This document shows, piece after piece, positions 39,590 to 53,500 of a DNA stretch of 64,000 bases. The stretch lies in assembly GCA_034780895.1 (NCBI GenBank), contig JAUZTB010000127.1:32276956-32340955 (forward strand), given 5' to 3'. The notes below the pieces were generated by a model, which saw only the letters and a list, made by a program, of their open reading frames with translations, was not told the DNA's origin and searched no databases. A program made the translations under genes and the position numbers. Numbering within the stretch: the stretch's first letter is position 1; each line of letters begins with the position of its first letter. Origin of the DNA: Rhynchobatus australiae. Taxonomy: Eukaryota.

Positions 39590-40150
39590 TTTTTGGTGTA
39601 TCAAGTGTTTTTTTCCCCATGAAAGTCATGGTTTAATCTCATCCTCTTGCTGCTCATTCCTATTCATTTAATATTTTTCAAGTACTATTTGCTTTTTAAA
39701 AGAAATTACACTTCACTTCTGTAACATCTAATGACAGAAAATTTCACATTCTAATCACTCTCCATCTTTCCCCAATCTCATCCTCTAGTTCTTTTTGTAA
39801 CTACCTTAAAATTGTTTCCACCCTTATAATGTTACTCACTGGAGGAAACAATCTATCACTATTTGAGCTGTTGTAATCTTTTGTAATCTTATAGATCTCT
39901 ATCAAATCATCCAAACCTGTCTCCTGGGAGAACAGTCTTATTTTTTTTAAAAGAGTCTCTTCTTATAACTGCTACTCCTCATTGGTATTGACTCATTGGT
40001 TTCTTTGTAATCCTTGATTTGGTACCTTTTCTTGTATTGTTGCCCTGGTTTTATTTTCGTTAGCTAAACCATCAAATGCTTCTCTTTTTAATTTGTGTCT
40101 TTTTGGAAGTCCAGATTTCAATAGACATTCAGTTTTGAGTAACTCATGTT
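39590..40150 (-). mobile_element. Highly decayed CR1 3' region
   Basis: aaaatttcacattctaatcactct...tggaggaaacaatctatc...tctatcaaatcatc. Confidence 0.5.
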
Positions 40151-41999
40151 GTCATTTCCTGTTTAAACTATCTTCCATTTGCCAATTTTCTTTATGCTTA
40201 ATCAAGGAAGGTCCCCTCAATCTAGTTAAAATGCATTTCTTTTTGCAATCATGTACTCACATGCTTGACTCCCTTTTACATTTTTGAATAATTAGAGTAT
40301 CCCATCTTTTGAGATAATATTACCTGTTGTTAATTCACTCCTCTCAATTTTGCTTTAAAAATCACTATTTTGCATCAGTGCCATTGCATTATATGTATCA
40401 TAAAAATCCCTGAAACTTGGGCACAAATAACTGTCTGGGTGGGGCAACTGGCTGAAAATTAGGTGGGGTTAATAGCACAACTAAATTAATATTAGGGCTT
40501 TTTTGTTTTTTGTAAAGTGAATCTGATTTGATAATTTCTTTATATCAAGTATAATTCTGACTTTCTTAAGCTATTCATTTCTGATTCATCACCATGAGGT
40601 TCTTTTCTGGAGATCACTCAGATTTAGTTCATTACTTTTGTCTAGATTTTAAAATTGGCTAATTGAAATATTGTTAAGCATCTTATCAAATGATTATTAA
40701 AACCACAGAATCTGGCCATGCAGATAGAACCCATTTAGGCCATAGTGTTGGAGCTGGGACTTGGGTAGAATATTTAAACTAATGCCAATCTGCTGCCTTT
40801 TTCCATTACAACCATGTAACTTCATCTTCTTTTCATCTGTTTTATTTTTAAAAACCACTTTCCACTTAAAATTATTCAATATACCAACAGCCCTCCGTTA
40901 GTAATAAAGTAAGATGATGATCCCTTATTACTGATCTACTAGCCTGAAGAATCCACTCATCAGAACACATACTAACTTTTGAAATCTTTACCTTATCCTT
41001 TCCCAGCATCTCAAATCACTTCTCATAACACCAGTCTTTTACCCCAATATCATCCTGACATATTGGTTATATGGCATTGATACAACATTTTCAAAATGAA
41101 GCACCTGAAACTACAAACAGTGATTGAGTTATAGCCCTAAATATGTTTCCTTTGAAAATTTTACTCCTGTACTCTACCCTCCTTCCTGCAAACACAGAAT
41201 TCATCGTGTCATGCTTTCTGTCTATTAGAACATGGACTTCCAAGCAATTATTTAAAAGAACCCAGACACATCTCTTGTGAATTTCCACGAGGAATATATG
41301 GTTCATACTAACTGCTTCGTTGATTGTTAACTTCTAATAATTACAGGACAAAAGTCTAATGTTCAAAGACACAAATAACTTAACTGTTATAGGGCATTAG
41401 AGAAGCGAGATTGTATTTTCAATCCTGCTTTGGGTGGTTACACAGCATTGTAAGAATAGTTTGTTTAATGACTTTTGATTCACCTAGAAATTTTTCAGCA
41501 AAGGCATTGGGAATCAAAAATCAAATGCGCTCTGGAAAAGATGTTGAAGTGGATGAGAATCTGCAACTATGGAGAGCAATGATAACACAACCCAATTTGC
41601 AATAAAACCACCAGAAGGCCATCAGGCCAAGATTATGTACTTGGCCAAGAATGCACTAAAAAAACTTGTGGAGAGTACCAGGCACGGCGCCAGGTGAACA
41701 GCTCACAGGACAGATTAGCACAAGCATAGAAGGAAACAAGCTTCTCCTATCTGTCTCATGCCACAAGGTCAGATGCAGAAGAATTGATACAGATCATGAG
41801 ATATACCTCACCCAGTTCTAACTCAATGAATCAAAGCACTATGACAGGGCTAACTCATAGAAGCAGGAAAGTATGCCAAAATAATAAATACACCACAACT
41901 TAAGCAATTGTGTCGTTCATGTCTCGGCACTGACTCAGATGAACTCCATTTCTGGTCTCAATGGCTTTCAAAACCTCCCACAGATTTCTGGCAGTAAAG

Positions 42000-42119
42000 A
42001 AACTAGTATCAGTAATGGTTTCCATGTAGTAACCAGAGCACCATAAAATAATCTGCTGCTTAAGGGAGGAAGTCTGGCTTTCTTACCAGTATAGCCTATA
42101 TGCGACTTGGCACCCACAG
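42000..42119 (+). mobile_element. SINE fragment (family of 54385-54770)
   Basis: taagggaggaagtctggctttcttacc...gcctatatgcgact...cccacag. Confidence 0.55.
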
Positions 42120-43290
42120 AATCAGAGAATGGAAGAAGGCCATTAGGCCCATTGACTACAAACTGACTCTTTTTAAAAGGAAATCCAGCTATTCCCAGTA
42201 TCCCAGCCTCTCAGCAGATCCTTGTAAATTATATTCTTTTTGTTAGTTATCCATCTCCTTCTTGAATGCTATAACTGAAGCTACATCCACTATTACCATT
42301 AGAGGTCCATTTCAGACCCAAACCACTTGCTGCAAAAATACAGTTCTTCCTTATGTCACTTTTGGTTCTCTTGCCAATCAGCTTTATCCTCTGTTGCTGG
42401 TTCATGACCCTTGTGTTGGTAGGAACCAATTCTCTGTGTCAGCTCTATCTTTACACCCTTCATTATTTTAAATACCTCTGTCAGGTCACCTCACAACCTC
42501 CTGTTCCAAGAAGAACAACCCCAGTTTCTGCAGGTTATCAACACAATTCTGGGATAGTGGAATGGGCAGACAATAAAATGTAAAACTGAGAAATGCCAAG
42601 CATTGCATTTTGGTAGGAAGGATGCGAAGAGATCTTGAGGCACAGTCTCCAAAGGCTTTACTTCCTCCTTGCAATGTAGCAATATTGCTGTTATAGTCAA
42701 ACCAGTATTTTGTGAAGATTCATCATGATTTCCCTGCCCTTATACTTAATCTATCAAGCCCAGGATCCACACGCTTTTAACCACTTTTTCCAATCAGCCC
42801 CGCCACCTTCAATGAACTCTGCATTTATACACCCAGATCTCTTTGTTATTATACCTCTTTTGGAACAGTGTCTTCTTATTTACAATCCCTCTACTCATTT
42901 TTCCTACCAAAATGTAATGCTTTATATTTCTCAGTATTAAATTTTATCCACCAATTGTCCACACATTTTATCAGCCTCTTTGTACCACCATTACATCTAT
43001 TATTATCGTCCTCCTGGTTTTGTCTCATTTATAAATTTAGAAATTGTCCCCTATACACCCAAGTCCAAGTCATCAACACACATTATGATGATTCCATGCA
43101 CACTTACCTTTAGTCTTAAAAAACTGTCATTGCTACTCTCTGTTACCAATTTTCTATGTAGGCTGCTACATCCCCTTTTAATTCTATGGCCTTCAATCTT
43201 CAATGACAAGTCTATTATGTGGAATTTTATAGAATGCTTTTTGGAAGTCCATAAATACAGACTAAAACACATTTCTCTTATCAACTCCAC
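42120..43290 (-). mobile_element. Decayed CR1 (RT to 3' end)
   Basis: Reverse strand gives LYLWTSKKHS, a shifted VFMDFQKAF motif, at ~43230-43260. CR1 tail at 42120-42300. Confidence 0.75.
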
Positions 43291-43510
43291 CCTTATTCTC
43301 CTGCCACATACATTTACTAGGAGTAATTTATAGTGGTCAATTAACCTACTAACATATCTATGGGATGTTGGTGGAAACCAGAGCACCCAGGGAAATGATC
43401 ATGGCCCCAGCGAGACTGTGCAAATTTCACACAGACAGCACCAGAAGTCTGAATTGAATCCAGGTCACTTGGAGCTCTGAGGCAGCAACATTTCTTCCTG
43501 CATCAATGTG
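43290..43510 (-). mobile_element. V-SINE
   Basis: aatttatagtggtcaattaacctac...gtggaaaccagagcacccaggg...tgcaaatttcacacagacagcacc...aattgaatccaggtc. Confidence 0.8.
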
Positions 43511-43920
43511 GATGCAATCATTGTTCATAATACCGGAAGCCAAGGGTACATACACCAAAATAAACAGTGAGGTTCAAATTTTGATCCTCCATATAAACTG
43601 ACTCAACTATTCAGAATAGGAATAATACTGTTGCCTTAAGATTGAAAAAAGAGCAAGGACCATTAAGAAAGAGTGAACTGCATATACTGAACATCTGTTG
43701 CAAAATGGTTCATTTATCAATTATGGAAAAAGTACTGCATTGTGATAATTCCTGAATGTTTTGGATCCAAATAATTTCATGGAACAGTTAACTTGTGAAT
43801 GCATTGATTTAGATTAAAGTAAATATTCAAGTTACACTGACATTTTCTGCTTAATTGTGTTTATCCTTACGTTTATCCTGAATGCACTCATGGCAGATGA
43901 TTTGTTGGATCATTTCAGTT

Positions 43921-44165
43921 CACAAGATCACAAGATAAGGGAGCAGAAGTAGGCCATTGNNNNNNNNNNNNNNNNNNNNNNNNNNNNNNNNNNNNNNNNN
44001 NNNNNNNNNNNNNNNNNNNNNNNNNNNNNNNNNNNNNNNNNNNNNNNNNNNNNNNNNNNTAAACCCCTCATCTTATTGATCAGTCTTTTGTGTGGCACCT
44101 TGTCAAAGGCCTTTTGAAAGTCTAAATACACCACATCTACCGCCTCTCCCTTATCCACTATGCCT
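43921..44165 (-). mobile_element. Young CR1 copy, mostly collapsed into gap 43960-44059
   Basis: VDKGEAVDVVYLDFQKAFDKVPHKRLINKMR lies right of the gap; the (cacaagat)2 tail and 3' UTR lie left of it. Confidence 0.85.
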
Positions 44166-44659
44166 GAGTGCACTGTTAAGTACTATATGTGAAAGAGCCA
44201 CCATTTGCAGGTTAGCAACATCAAATAATTCATCAATTATGACACCATCATGAATGCTTTGTGGGAAATGGCATGTTCTCATCCATATAGGCACAGGAAC
44301 AAAATCCTGAAGCAGCAGCACTTGACTGAGCTCCTTCAATGTGGTAGAGAGACAGTTTGAAATTCAAGGCTTATTTAGCAATTCACAGACAGGGAATTGG
44401 GGGTGGCACCACTCTTGGTCTAAGATGCCCTATAGTTAGGGAGAGGGAAAACTGCCTGAGATACATCTTGATTACTGTCTAATTACTTTTTCTGTGAGTC
44501 TGTGCACGTAGACCTCAGGTGGGAACAAAGTAGGCTGGAATGTGATGTTCCTTACATTCAGTCAGTAATTTTTGAGACCAGGGTCAAGGCTGACAACGTA
44601 CATTTACAGAAGATAATTAATGTGGCAAAATGTGTCCAAGCACTTCACAACAGTGTAAT

Positions 44660-45665
44660 CAGAATTGGGATAAGTGGGTCATTTTCAGATTGGCAATCAG
44701 TATCTAGTTGGATGTCGCAGAGATGAGTGCTGGGGCAGGCACATGAGCTTATCCACTTTGTAAGGAATGAAAAAGCAAATCTTTATTTAAAGAGAGTAAA
44801 ACTATAAAACAGTGCAGCATGAAAGGACCTGGGGGTCTTCTCCATTAAACACAAAAAGCTGGCATGCAATTTACAAGTAATTATGAAGGCTAATGGAATG
44901 CTGAACTTTATTGCAAGGGGTATGGTATTTTGCTGCAATTTTGTAGGGGCCCAGTGAGACTGCATTGGAGGCAGAGCAGATAGACTTACTGGCTTGATTC
45001 CAGGGATGAAGGGGTTGTTGTATGAAGAAAGGTTGAACAGGTTAGGCTATACTCATTGAAGTATAGAAAACTGAGAGATAACCTTAATGAAACATATAAA
45101 ATTCTAAGTGGATTTGAGACGTAGATAAAATGGGATACACAGAACCAGGGGAGGCACGGTTTCAAAATCCACTCAAATAATATTCCTGTGAGGTGCTTGC
45201 ATACACTTTGCCACAGTAAGTATCTTCTCTAAATGTATGTTGCTGGCATTGAGCCTTGTCAATGACTATTGGCTGAATTTGATTATCATTACTTCCCAGC
45301 AGTACTATATTTTCACTTGAGGTCCATCTTGTGCAGACAAAAAAAACTCTTAGATAACAATTAGGAGCAAGTTTTCCCCCATCACCCACTTAGGATGGAG
45401 ATGAAGCCAATTTTTTTCCCATCAGATGACTATGAACCTCCAGAATTCTTTCCTTCAGAGGCTGTGGTGATGGATTCATTGAATATATATACACACACAA
45501 GAGACTGATGTACACTTAAACTATAAAAGGGAGTCAGGAGTATATCACTGACTCCCCTATAGTTCAAATGGTGTTGAAGCCAAGATTGGATAACCCACGA
45601 TTTTACTGAATGGCACAGCTGATTTGAGTAGCTGATTAGTCTACTCTTGTTTCTTGTGTTCTTAA
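44660..45665 (+). mobile_element. Decayed CR1 RT to 3' end, with an unrelated insert at ~45165-45375
   Basis: GISGSFSDWQSVSS, ggacctgggggtc (DLGV), gaaggctaatggaatgctg (KANGML), gaaacatataaaattct (ETYKIL). Confidence 0.8.
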
Positions 45666-46359
45666 AATATTACCGAAGCTACATGAGACGATATCAGTTC
45701 TGGAAAGAGGCAGTGTTTAGAAAGCATTTTAATGAATGACAGAATGACAGAAGTTAAGGAAGGGGAATCTGGCACTTGGGTCAAGATAGCTGAAGGCATG
45801 TCTGCTAACAGCAGGTTGAAGGAAATTTGAGATACACAAGAGACTAAAATTGTTTAGCTCACACATGAGGGTAAACAGCTTAGGTAAGTGACAGAAATAC
45901 GCATTTGGAACTGCAAAGAATGGATGGGGCAAAATTAATGGAAAGACGTACAGCTGGTTTTAGATAGCAGCCTGAAATTTATGGGTCTGTCCTTGCCAAT
46001 TCACAATTGGCTATAAATGGTGAAATGGAGAACTTCAATCTGCAAGTTTCATTAAGTACTTCTGCTAGTGTTCATAAATATATGAGCTTTCTTCCCAAGC
46101 TGGAAAACCATATATTAAAATAATACCTTATAACTAGTATCAAGAATCACTACTTATTTAGCATTTACACCATTCCATTCCTTTGAACTGCTTCTTTTAG
46201 ACATTCTGAGCATAACAGTTTTTAAGCCATCGACAATGTTGGCTTAGATTACATTATTTTGTTCCTTGTTTCTCCTTTCCAATTTCCTCTTTTTGTTTTC
46301 TCCCCACGAATATCAACACTTTGGCAGTCAGTGCATCCATTGTCTTTCTCACTTCTTAC

Positions 46360-46691
46360 GACCCAGAAGGAAGCCCTTCAGCCCATTGGGTTCATGACAA
46401 CATCCATTCCCCTTCACTTTATTTTCCTGTAGCCCTGAAACTTTTCTTTTTCTTGCACATCTATAAACTCCTCTTTGATTCTCTTCCCACCAGGGATAAT
46501 TGACAGTAGCCAATAACTGTTCAGCAGATCCTTTGAGACGTGGGAGGAAACCAGAGCACCCAGAGGTAAACCCACACAGTCAAGAGGAGAACGTGTAAAT
46601 TCCACACCATCAGCACCCAAGATCAAGATTGAGCCCTGGGTCCCTGAAGCTGTGAAACAGCACTGCTGACTGCTGAGCGACTGTGCCATCC
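46360..46691 (-). mobile_element. Near full-length V-SINE
   Basis: Reverse head ggatggcacagtcgctcagc...cagggctcaatctt, V-domain gtggaatttacacgttctcc, and a CR1-like tail at 46360-46400. Confidence 0.85.
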
Positions 46692-47239
46692 TGACATCAC
46701 TGAGTAAACTTCTGACTTACAGCTAAGCAATTGGAGGCTAGTTGGACCACACAAAGTATTTTACACCAAACAAAATTTACTCAGCGAAACAAAAGTCTAC
46801 ATTAAAACAAAAACACAAAGAAAATTCAGGATAAATATGCAATGAATTTCCCAACAATATGCAAAGAATGGAGGATTTTTAAATTCAAAGTATAAAATTG
46901 ATCCAAGTCACTTACACTGATTTAACCTCCAGGCATGAAGGGTGGTAGATATATCCAATAATGTCATCAAATGCAATCTATAACATTGGCAGGTAGAAGT
47001 CGCCATGAGGTGCACCACATCATTCTTTCAGTCTAGGTAGATTGAATATTTTTCTTATTTCTCTTGGAACTTAAAGCAGTAAGGCCTAGAGAGAAAACAA
47101 ATACCACAATTGCAATGATTGCAGAGATCGGACAGCTATTTTACAAGCAATGTATATGAATGACCAGGTATTACATTAAAGTTGGAAAGAGAAACAACTC
47201 CATTCTATGATTAAAAATATAATAAGATTTAGAATAGAA

Positions 47240-49110
47240 AGTTGGAAGGTAATTGGCAAACTACTTATATTTGGGTAATGACAATATTATAAATGAATGT
47301 CAAGAAATGGTGGAGATGTTGAATAATCATTTTGCCTCTTTGTTTACAGGAAGATAGCATACATGAAATTCCGAAGTAGCTAGGATTGAAATCAGAGCCA
47401 GGACTCAACAAAATCAAACCAAGAAAAAAGTGAAGTACCAACAAAATATTGGCAAGAGAGTCTGACAAATCACTCGGACGAGGTGGCTTCCAAACCAGGT
47501 TTTTAAAGGGAATAGATGCATTGTGGAAATGCAAACTCCACTGCTCAAACTGTAATCTTGAGTCATGAACCACTCCTCTAAATTGGAAAATTACACATTA
47601 GTTACTCAGCTACTTAAGAATGATGAGAGAAGGAAAACAAGGAATTATAAACCAATTATGCATGACATTTGTAGTAAAGAAATTACAAGAGTTCATAATC
47701 ACAGATAGAATAACAAAACCTAAAATATTTCAAATTGTCAGATGTTCAGAGACCAAGGGGTGATTTATAAGGAGTAGCATATCTCTGGTGAATCTGATTA
47801 AACTTTTTGTAATGGTGACTAAAGTAATGGTTTGGGGAAAGTCAATGATTGTTATTTATCAAGACTTTGAAAAGTATTGATAAAACAGCAAAATCCTGAA
47901 GATGCTGAAAGTCTGAAATAAAAACAGAAAAAACATGAAATAAAAGCAGAGAAGTTTTGGAATTCCCAGGGTCAGACAGCATCTGTTCTGATGGAAGGTC
48001 ATTAACATGAAACAATAATTCTGATTCTCTTCACAGTTATTGCCAGACTAACAGTATTAGCACCATTTTGTTTATTCTTTAGCAGTTCAATGAAGTCTTG
48101 CAAAATACATAGTTAGTTAAAATGAAAGCAAATTATTGACCTGGTTAGGACATTGGCTGAATTCAGGTGTCAGAGAGAAGAAATAATGGGCAGATGTTCA
48201 AATTAGTGGTGTCCTGTGTTGGGTTACACTCATTCGCTGCATTTATAAACAATTCATCTGATTTCATAGAAAGACATATATCCAAGTTTCCTAATGTCAT
48301 GGTATTATCGGTAATGTAGATGGAAGCATTAAATTAAAAGAGGTATTAGTAAATTGGGGTGAATAGATAAAACCATAGCAAATGGATTTTAATGTTGTTG
48401 CATGTGGCATTATCTATCCTGGGTCTAAAAAAATGAATGGAACTTTTTATATGCTATAAAGTATAAATAATGGAGACCTGTGGACACAGAACAATAAACT
48501 GTAACAGACAGACACAGAAATAATCAATAAGACAAATAGAATACACCTTTTGCTTGGGGTTAAATACAAGGGGATAGGTAATACACATTAACCTGGAGTG
48601 CAGTGAGTAGTTCTTGGCACCACACCTTACAAAGAATATTTTGGTCTTGGAGGGAGTTCAGCATACATTTCTGCTGAATGATACCCAAACTCCAAGGGCT
48701 ATTTTACAGATATACATTACACAAATATGAATTTTATTTTCTAGGATATAGGTTATGGGTAATTTGATCCAAGTTTTCAAGATATTAAGGAGTACAGATA
48801 GAAGTTATTTTTGCAGGTTAAGGAGTCTAGGATTAAGGAACATAATCTAAAAATTGGAAGCAGGCTTTTTGAGAATCAAGTCAGGAAATACTTCTAAATG
48901 AAAAGGGTAGTAAAATTTTGGAACTCTCTTCCAGGAATAGCAATTGATGCCAGATTAACTGTTAATTTTAGCTCTGGAATACCTTAGTCATTTGTTATCT
49001 AAAGATATGAAGAAAAAGGAACTCAAGCAGGCATGTGATACCGAGTCACAAATCAGCCATTTCAGAACAGGAAAAGACTACCTAACCCCTGAAGCTACTC
49101 CTATGTTCTA
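47240..49110 (+). mobile_element. Long, ancient CR1 ORF2 fossil
   Basis: Colinear decayed motifs: LNNHFASxF, GNYKPI, NLIKLF, VIYQDFEKV, ISKFPN, LEGVQ, WNSLP, then a tail. Confidence 0.8.
47881..48078. mobile_element. Small fold-back Penelope-like terminal-repeat element nested in CR1 RT
   Basis: gaagatgctgaaagtctgaaataaaaacagaaaa...gtcagacagcatctg, then an inverted cacagttattgccagac...caccattttgttt. It interrupts the DFxKxFDKV motif. Confidence 0.6.
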
Positions 49111-50520
49111 AAGGGTAGGTCCTCTGGTCCAAATAATTTTTATACGCAAAGGTTACTGAAGAGATGGTAGAAGTAACAGATATATAATTAAATACTAATT
49201 TAGAAAATCAGTTCTGCTGGTGTTGCTCGCTAGACAGCTGATGTTGTTTCTATATTTAATAAAAGGGTTTTGAATAAGTCCAGGAAACTATTAGCCAGTT
49301 AGCTTAACTTTGGCAGAAGATAAAACAGTGCAATACAAAACAATCTATAAACCAAAAATATGATCATATCAGCATGGATTTTAAGGAAAGGTCATTCTTG
49401 GCCAACTTTATTGATTTCTGTGAAGTAATGTACATCTTTCAAGGGTAATGTATATCTATTATATATCGAATCTCAATAGACCTTCTCTAAAGTACCGCAT
49501 AGCAGATCAAAGGCTGAAAGTCTGATAACAATGAAAGTAAACTTGTTATAAACAGAAAATAAAGATTAAAAAGTTACTCACACTAGAAAAAGGGGCGAAG
49601 TGGTGCTGGTATCACTGATCTTCACTATTCATTTTCATTTGGACCCGGGAATTGAAATTGTAGATTACATCATATTAAGAGACATAGTTAATAATGAAAT
49701 ACATTGGAACAAAATAAAAGACATTAGAAGACTTGCAGAATATATGCCTATAATACAAATTAATTTTAATATATGTGTGATGTGAATTTTTTGGAGAAGA
49801 ATAAGGCAGCCACATAGACCTGTATTTTGCAGGGATTAAATGAGATAGAGGAGTTATCAATGGGTGCAGGTACATAAATCACTAAAAGCAAAGATGTGCA
49901 TTATTTAAGGCCATTAATAAAAGTTCTAGGATTTATTACTGGTAGAGTGGAATTTTAAAAGAAGAAACTTAACATTCAACTTTAACACAATTTAATTTTA
50001 ACTCTGGTTTAATTTATGTCAGATTTGTACAAAACTTTGGTCAAACCACATTTGGAGTACTGTGCACAGTTCTGGTCTCCATAAGTATAAAGAAGAACTA
50101 CAGAAAGTACAAAAAAAACTTCAAGATGAAACCAGAATTGAGGAATAAAACTGAAGAATGTGAACATGGTGATCCATCTTCTCTGGAAAAGGGAAAGCAG
50201 AGGGATAGCCAACTGTAACTCATTATCATAAAAGGACTTGATAGCACAGACATAGTGGCTTCCAATTGTGGGACAGATCAAAACTAGGGGCCATTAATAC
50301 AAGATGGTCACTAATAAATCTGACATTGAGTTTGGAAGAAACTTCCTTAACCAGAGAATGTGTCTCACATCTGACCATCGCTACAAGGAGTAGATAAAAT
50401 AAAAAGCATAAATGAGTGTTAAATTGAAGCTACATAAACATTCGAGAAAGACAGATTGTGTGGATTGGGTTAATAGATAGGAGGTGCTTGACTGTACCAT
50501 TTAAAAGCAACATGCCCTAT
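49110..50520 (+). mobile_element. Second ancient CR1 ORF2 fossil
   Basis: ccaggaaactattagccagttagcttaac (PGNYxPVSL), cagcatggattt (QHGF), LYKTLVKPHLEYCAQFWSP at 50026-50082. Confidence 0.85.
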
Positions 50521-53500
50521 GTAAGTTTATGGAACATTCACTGAGTTTGTCATTTCCTGTTTGTTAGTATTTGATCTTACTGTAAGTCTTGAGCTGACAG
50601 TAAAACTATATTTATTTCCAGTTGATTGCATCTTTATGGGCCCTTTTAAGAAAATTAGAATGACTAGCATTCTGTACACATTAAATAAGGCCCCTGGAAG
50701 TAAACACAACTCTCTTTAAATTCTCCGTAAAGGACAAAGTAGAGCTGAAGACTGACAGGAAAAAAAACATGCTTCTTTTGCTTCAATTAAATTAGCCTGT
50801 TAAACAATAAACCTATACAACAAGAAGTAATGATTAACATCAAGGTTAAATAAATTCACTTTTTAGATATTGTATCCAGATAAACAACAGGTCAAACAAC
50901 AGCTGTGGCAAGCAAAAAATCCAAACCTAATCCCAAACCTAAAACCTAATCTAACTCTGCCCACGATCAACATCTGGAGTCAAACAGAACACAAAATATT
51001 TTAATAATACCAACTAACCTTACCTTTAATCTTCATAATCCTCCAAATACAGTTAGCTCTGAAGTGCAGATTGCTATTAACATCATGACGAATGGCCAAT
51101 AAAATTCCACAAAAGTTGCATCTCTGCAGCTAAATCCAATCTATGATTAAAGTGTGAGTTTACTTAGTGAAACAATCTTAAAATTAGGTCATGACATGCA
51201 ACCACTTTGAAACTCATTGTTACTAATAATTGAGAAATAGTGGAAGTGACATCATAATTGGCAAGCCTCCTTATGTGTTTTATTTATTTTTTAAAAATAA
51301 TCTACATCAATTAAATCAAAAACATACATGGATGCCACTCCAAAAATTTGGAGAGAAAATTTTGACATTTGTTCAATGGTGGAAATAACAGATATATTGT
51401 GAATCCAAACAATTAAACTCTACAAGTTATTTTTCCTTGTGAAGCAGAACACATGCGATGTGTCTTGTATAAACAAAAAATGTTCTTTCCTACAAAATAA
51501 AATGAACATGTTTTGCAAGCCAGGAGGATTTTTGGTTAGAAATGGGAATGGAATTATGGGGTCAAATACATACCGAGCTAATAAATACTAATGGAATATA
51601 GTAACTGTGGTACAAATGGCACAATGGAGATTTTGTTTCTGACAGGAGAAATGGGCAAGAGTTGACTTTCATTCAATTGCTGTNNNNNNNNNNNNNNNNN
51701 NNNNNNNNNNNNNNNNNNNNNNNNNATGCATTGCTTTTTAAATTGACAGAAAATCTATACAAAATAAATCAGAATCCCTTGTGAGACCGAGCATAATGTA
51801 CCAAAGGGTAAGTTCCCTTTTTCTCAGTTTTCTACTTTGAGTTGGCACAAATCAATTTTGGCCCAAAATCAAGACCAGATAGTTTTATTTGCATCTGACT
51901 TAGTTCTCTCACCCAACTAGTACTTGAAGTACTGTATCAGCCTGAGATCACTGAGCCATCACCTACTGACTGTGAACTTACTTAATTATAAAGTTCAGTA
52001 GAGGTTCCTAAACCTTCTGACTTGGCACTCTAGCCAATTTTCTTTTGGAGAAAATAAGAGACCTACTCTGTGTACTTTTTATAAAACCTACACTGGATTA
52101 GTTTTAATGAGCCTTTTTTTATAAGCCTAATTTATTCATCAAACTTGAGCTACAAACTAAGGAAACCAAGTCATATGGTTCTTTCAAATTTTGAAATGTG
52201 GAGAAATGTGCCATATCTTAACTCAAATGAAGGAAGCTCTTGAAGATTGACAAACACTTCTTGGGTGGTACTACAAGGACCTTTAAACTGCAAGCATAAG
52301 GCAAAGAAATGAGTAGGAACAAAACACTCAAGTTGTAAGGAAATCAGATCAAAAATTCAGCTTTTATATGTGGTGTAGACTAATTAGTTCATTGTATTGT
52401 TTTCTCTAATTCCCAAGAATCTCACAGATTTGCTTGGGTGTGAGCCATATATTGAGCAGAAAAGATTTTTATATCCTGATTTCCCAGCAGGTTTCATGGA
52501 TCTGATCATTAAAAGTTTGGGGCGTAATAATGCTCAGTGTTTAAGAAAGGCTTTTGGTGACATAGCTGATTCACTATCAGCAGCATTTCACTGTTCCAAA
52601 TTCAGATAATTGATTGTTGTCTGAAATGTCACAGTCACATTGAAAGCAGTTGTTAACTGTTTGCAAATGTAATGCTTCATATGAAAAGAAACTCATCTGA
52701 GACCTTGGTTTGGTTTCTCTTTCTAAGTCTGCTTCACTACAATAAGGAATGGCATTCTGAAGTGTGTTAAGTTAGGCACATGGCACTGACCTCAAAAAGG
52801 TTTAGTTTTGGCAGCTTTGACTCAATGGTTACCCATCAAGTTTACAAATGACAGATTCCTGCATGTTAAGGTTGTTGTCTTTCAGATGAATTTCTTTCCA
52901 GTGTATAGCACTCCAAGGGAACACAGGAGATAGGGTAGACATTAGCTTATATTTTTTCTAAATATGAAGAGCTGGGGTTGGACATGTACCTAAACACAGC
53001 CATCTGATATCACATGAGAAAAAAAACAATCATTGTGTATCTCAGTTAACTCAAATGGTTTAATCAGGCACCATGGGGAAATGATCACTCAGACTGGGGA
53101 GGGAGAGGTGGGCCAGATTAGTTAACATTGATCTGGATTAATGAACACTGAAGAATCCAGACAGCACCAACAGGTGTCCTCTTGATGTTTAAGTTTGTCC
53201 TCTTCTTAAACTATTAATTTCCTTTTTAAAAACAGATGAAATCTAAACCAATAACCTACAAAAGCAAGCCATTTGGAGTAAGAAAAGGTTAAATGAGAAG
53301 ATGCTATTCACCTGATTGACATTTACTGTTGTTTGCCCATAGACTCCGCACATCTGCTGATCTGCCTCAAGGCAAGTGAATAAACAGTTTAAAAGAAGAT
53401 GGGAAAATTCTATGTTCCAGAGTGGAATTATTGTCATTTTACATTATTTAATGCTCTACATTTATCTTAAGTATCCATTCATCTTTTCAAACAAAATGTT

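Noticed and set aside
50918-50958. Telomere-like CCTAA-rich tract
   Set aside because: Short and irregular with no true (CCCTAA)n array; treated as low-complexity sequence.
51024-51140. Minus-strand exon-like unit (atcatag|...AAG|gtaagg)
   Set aside because: Stops in all three frames from this acceptor, no recognisable product and no partner exons; could be chance.
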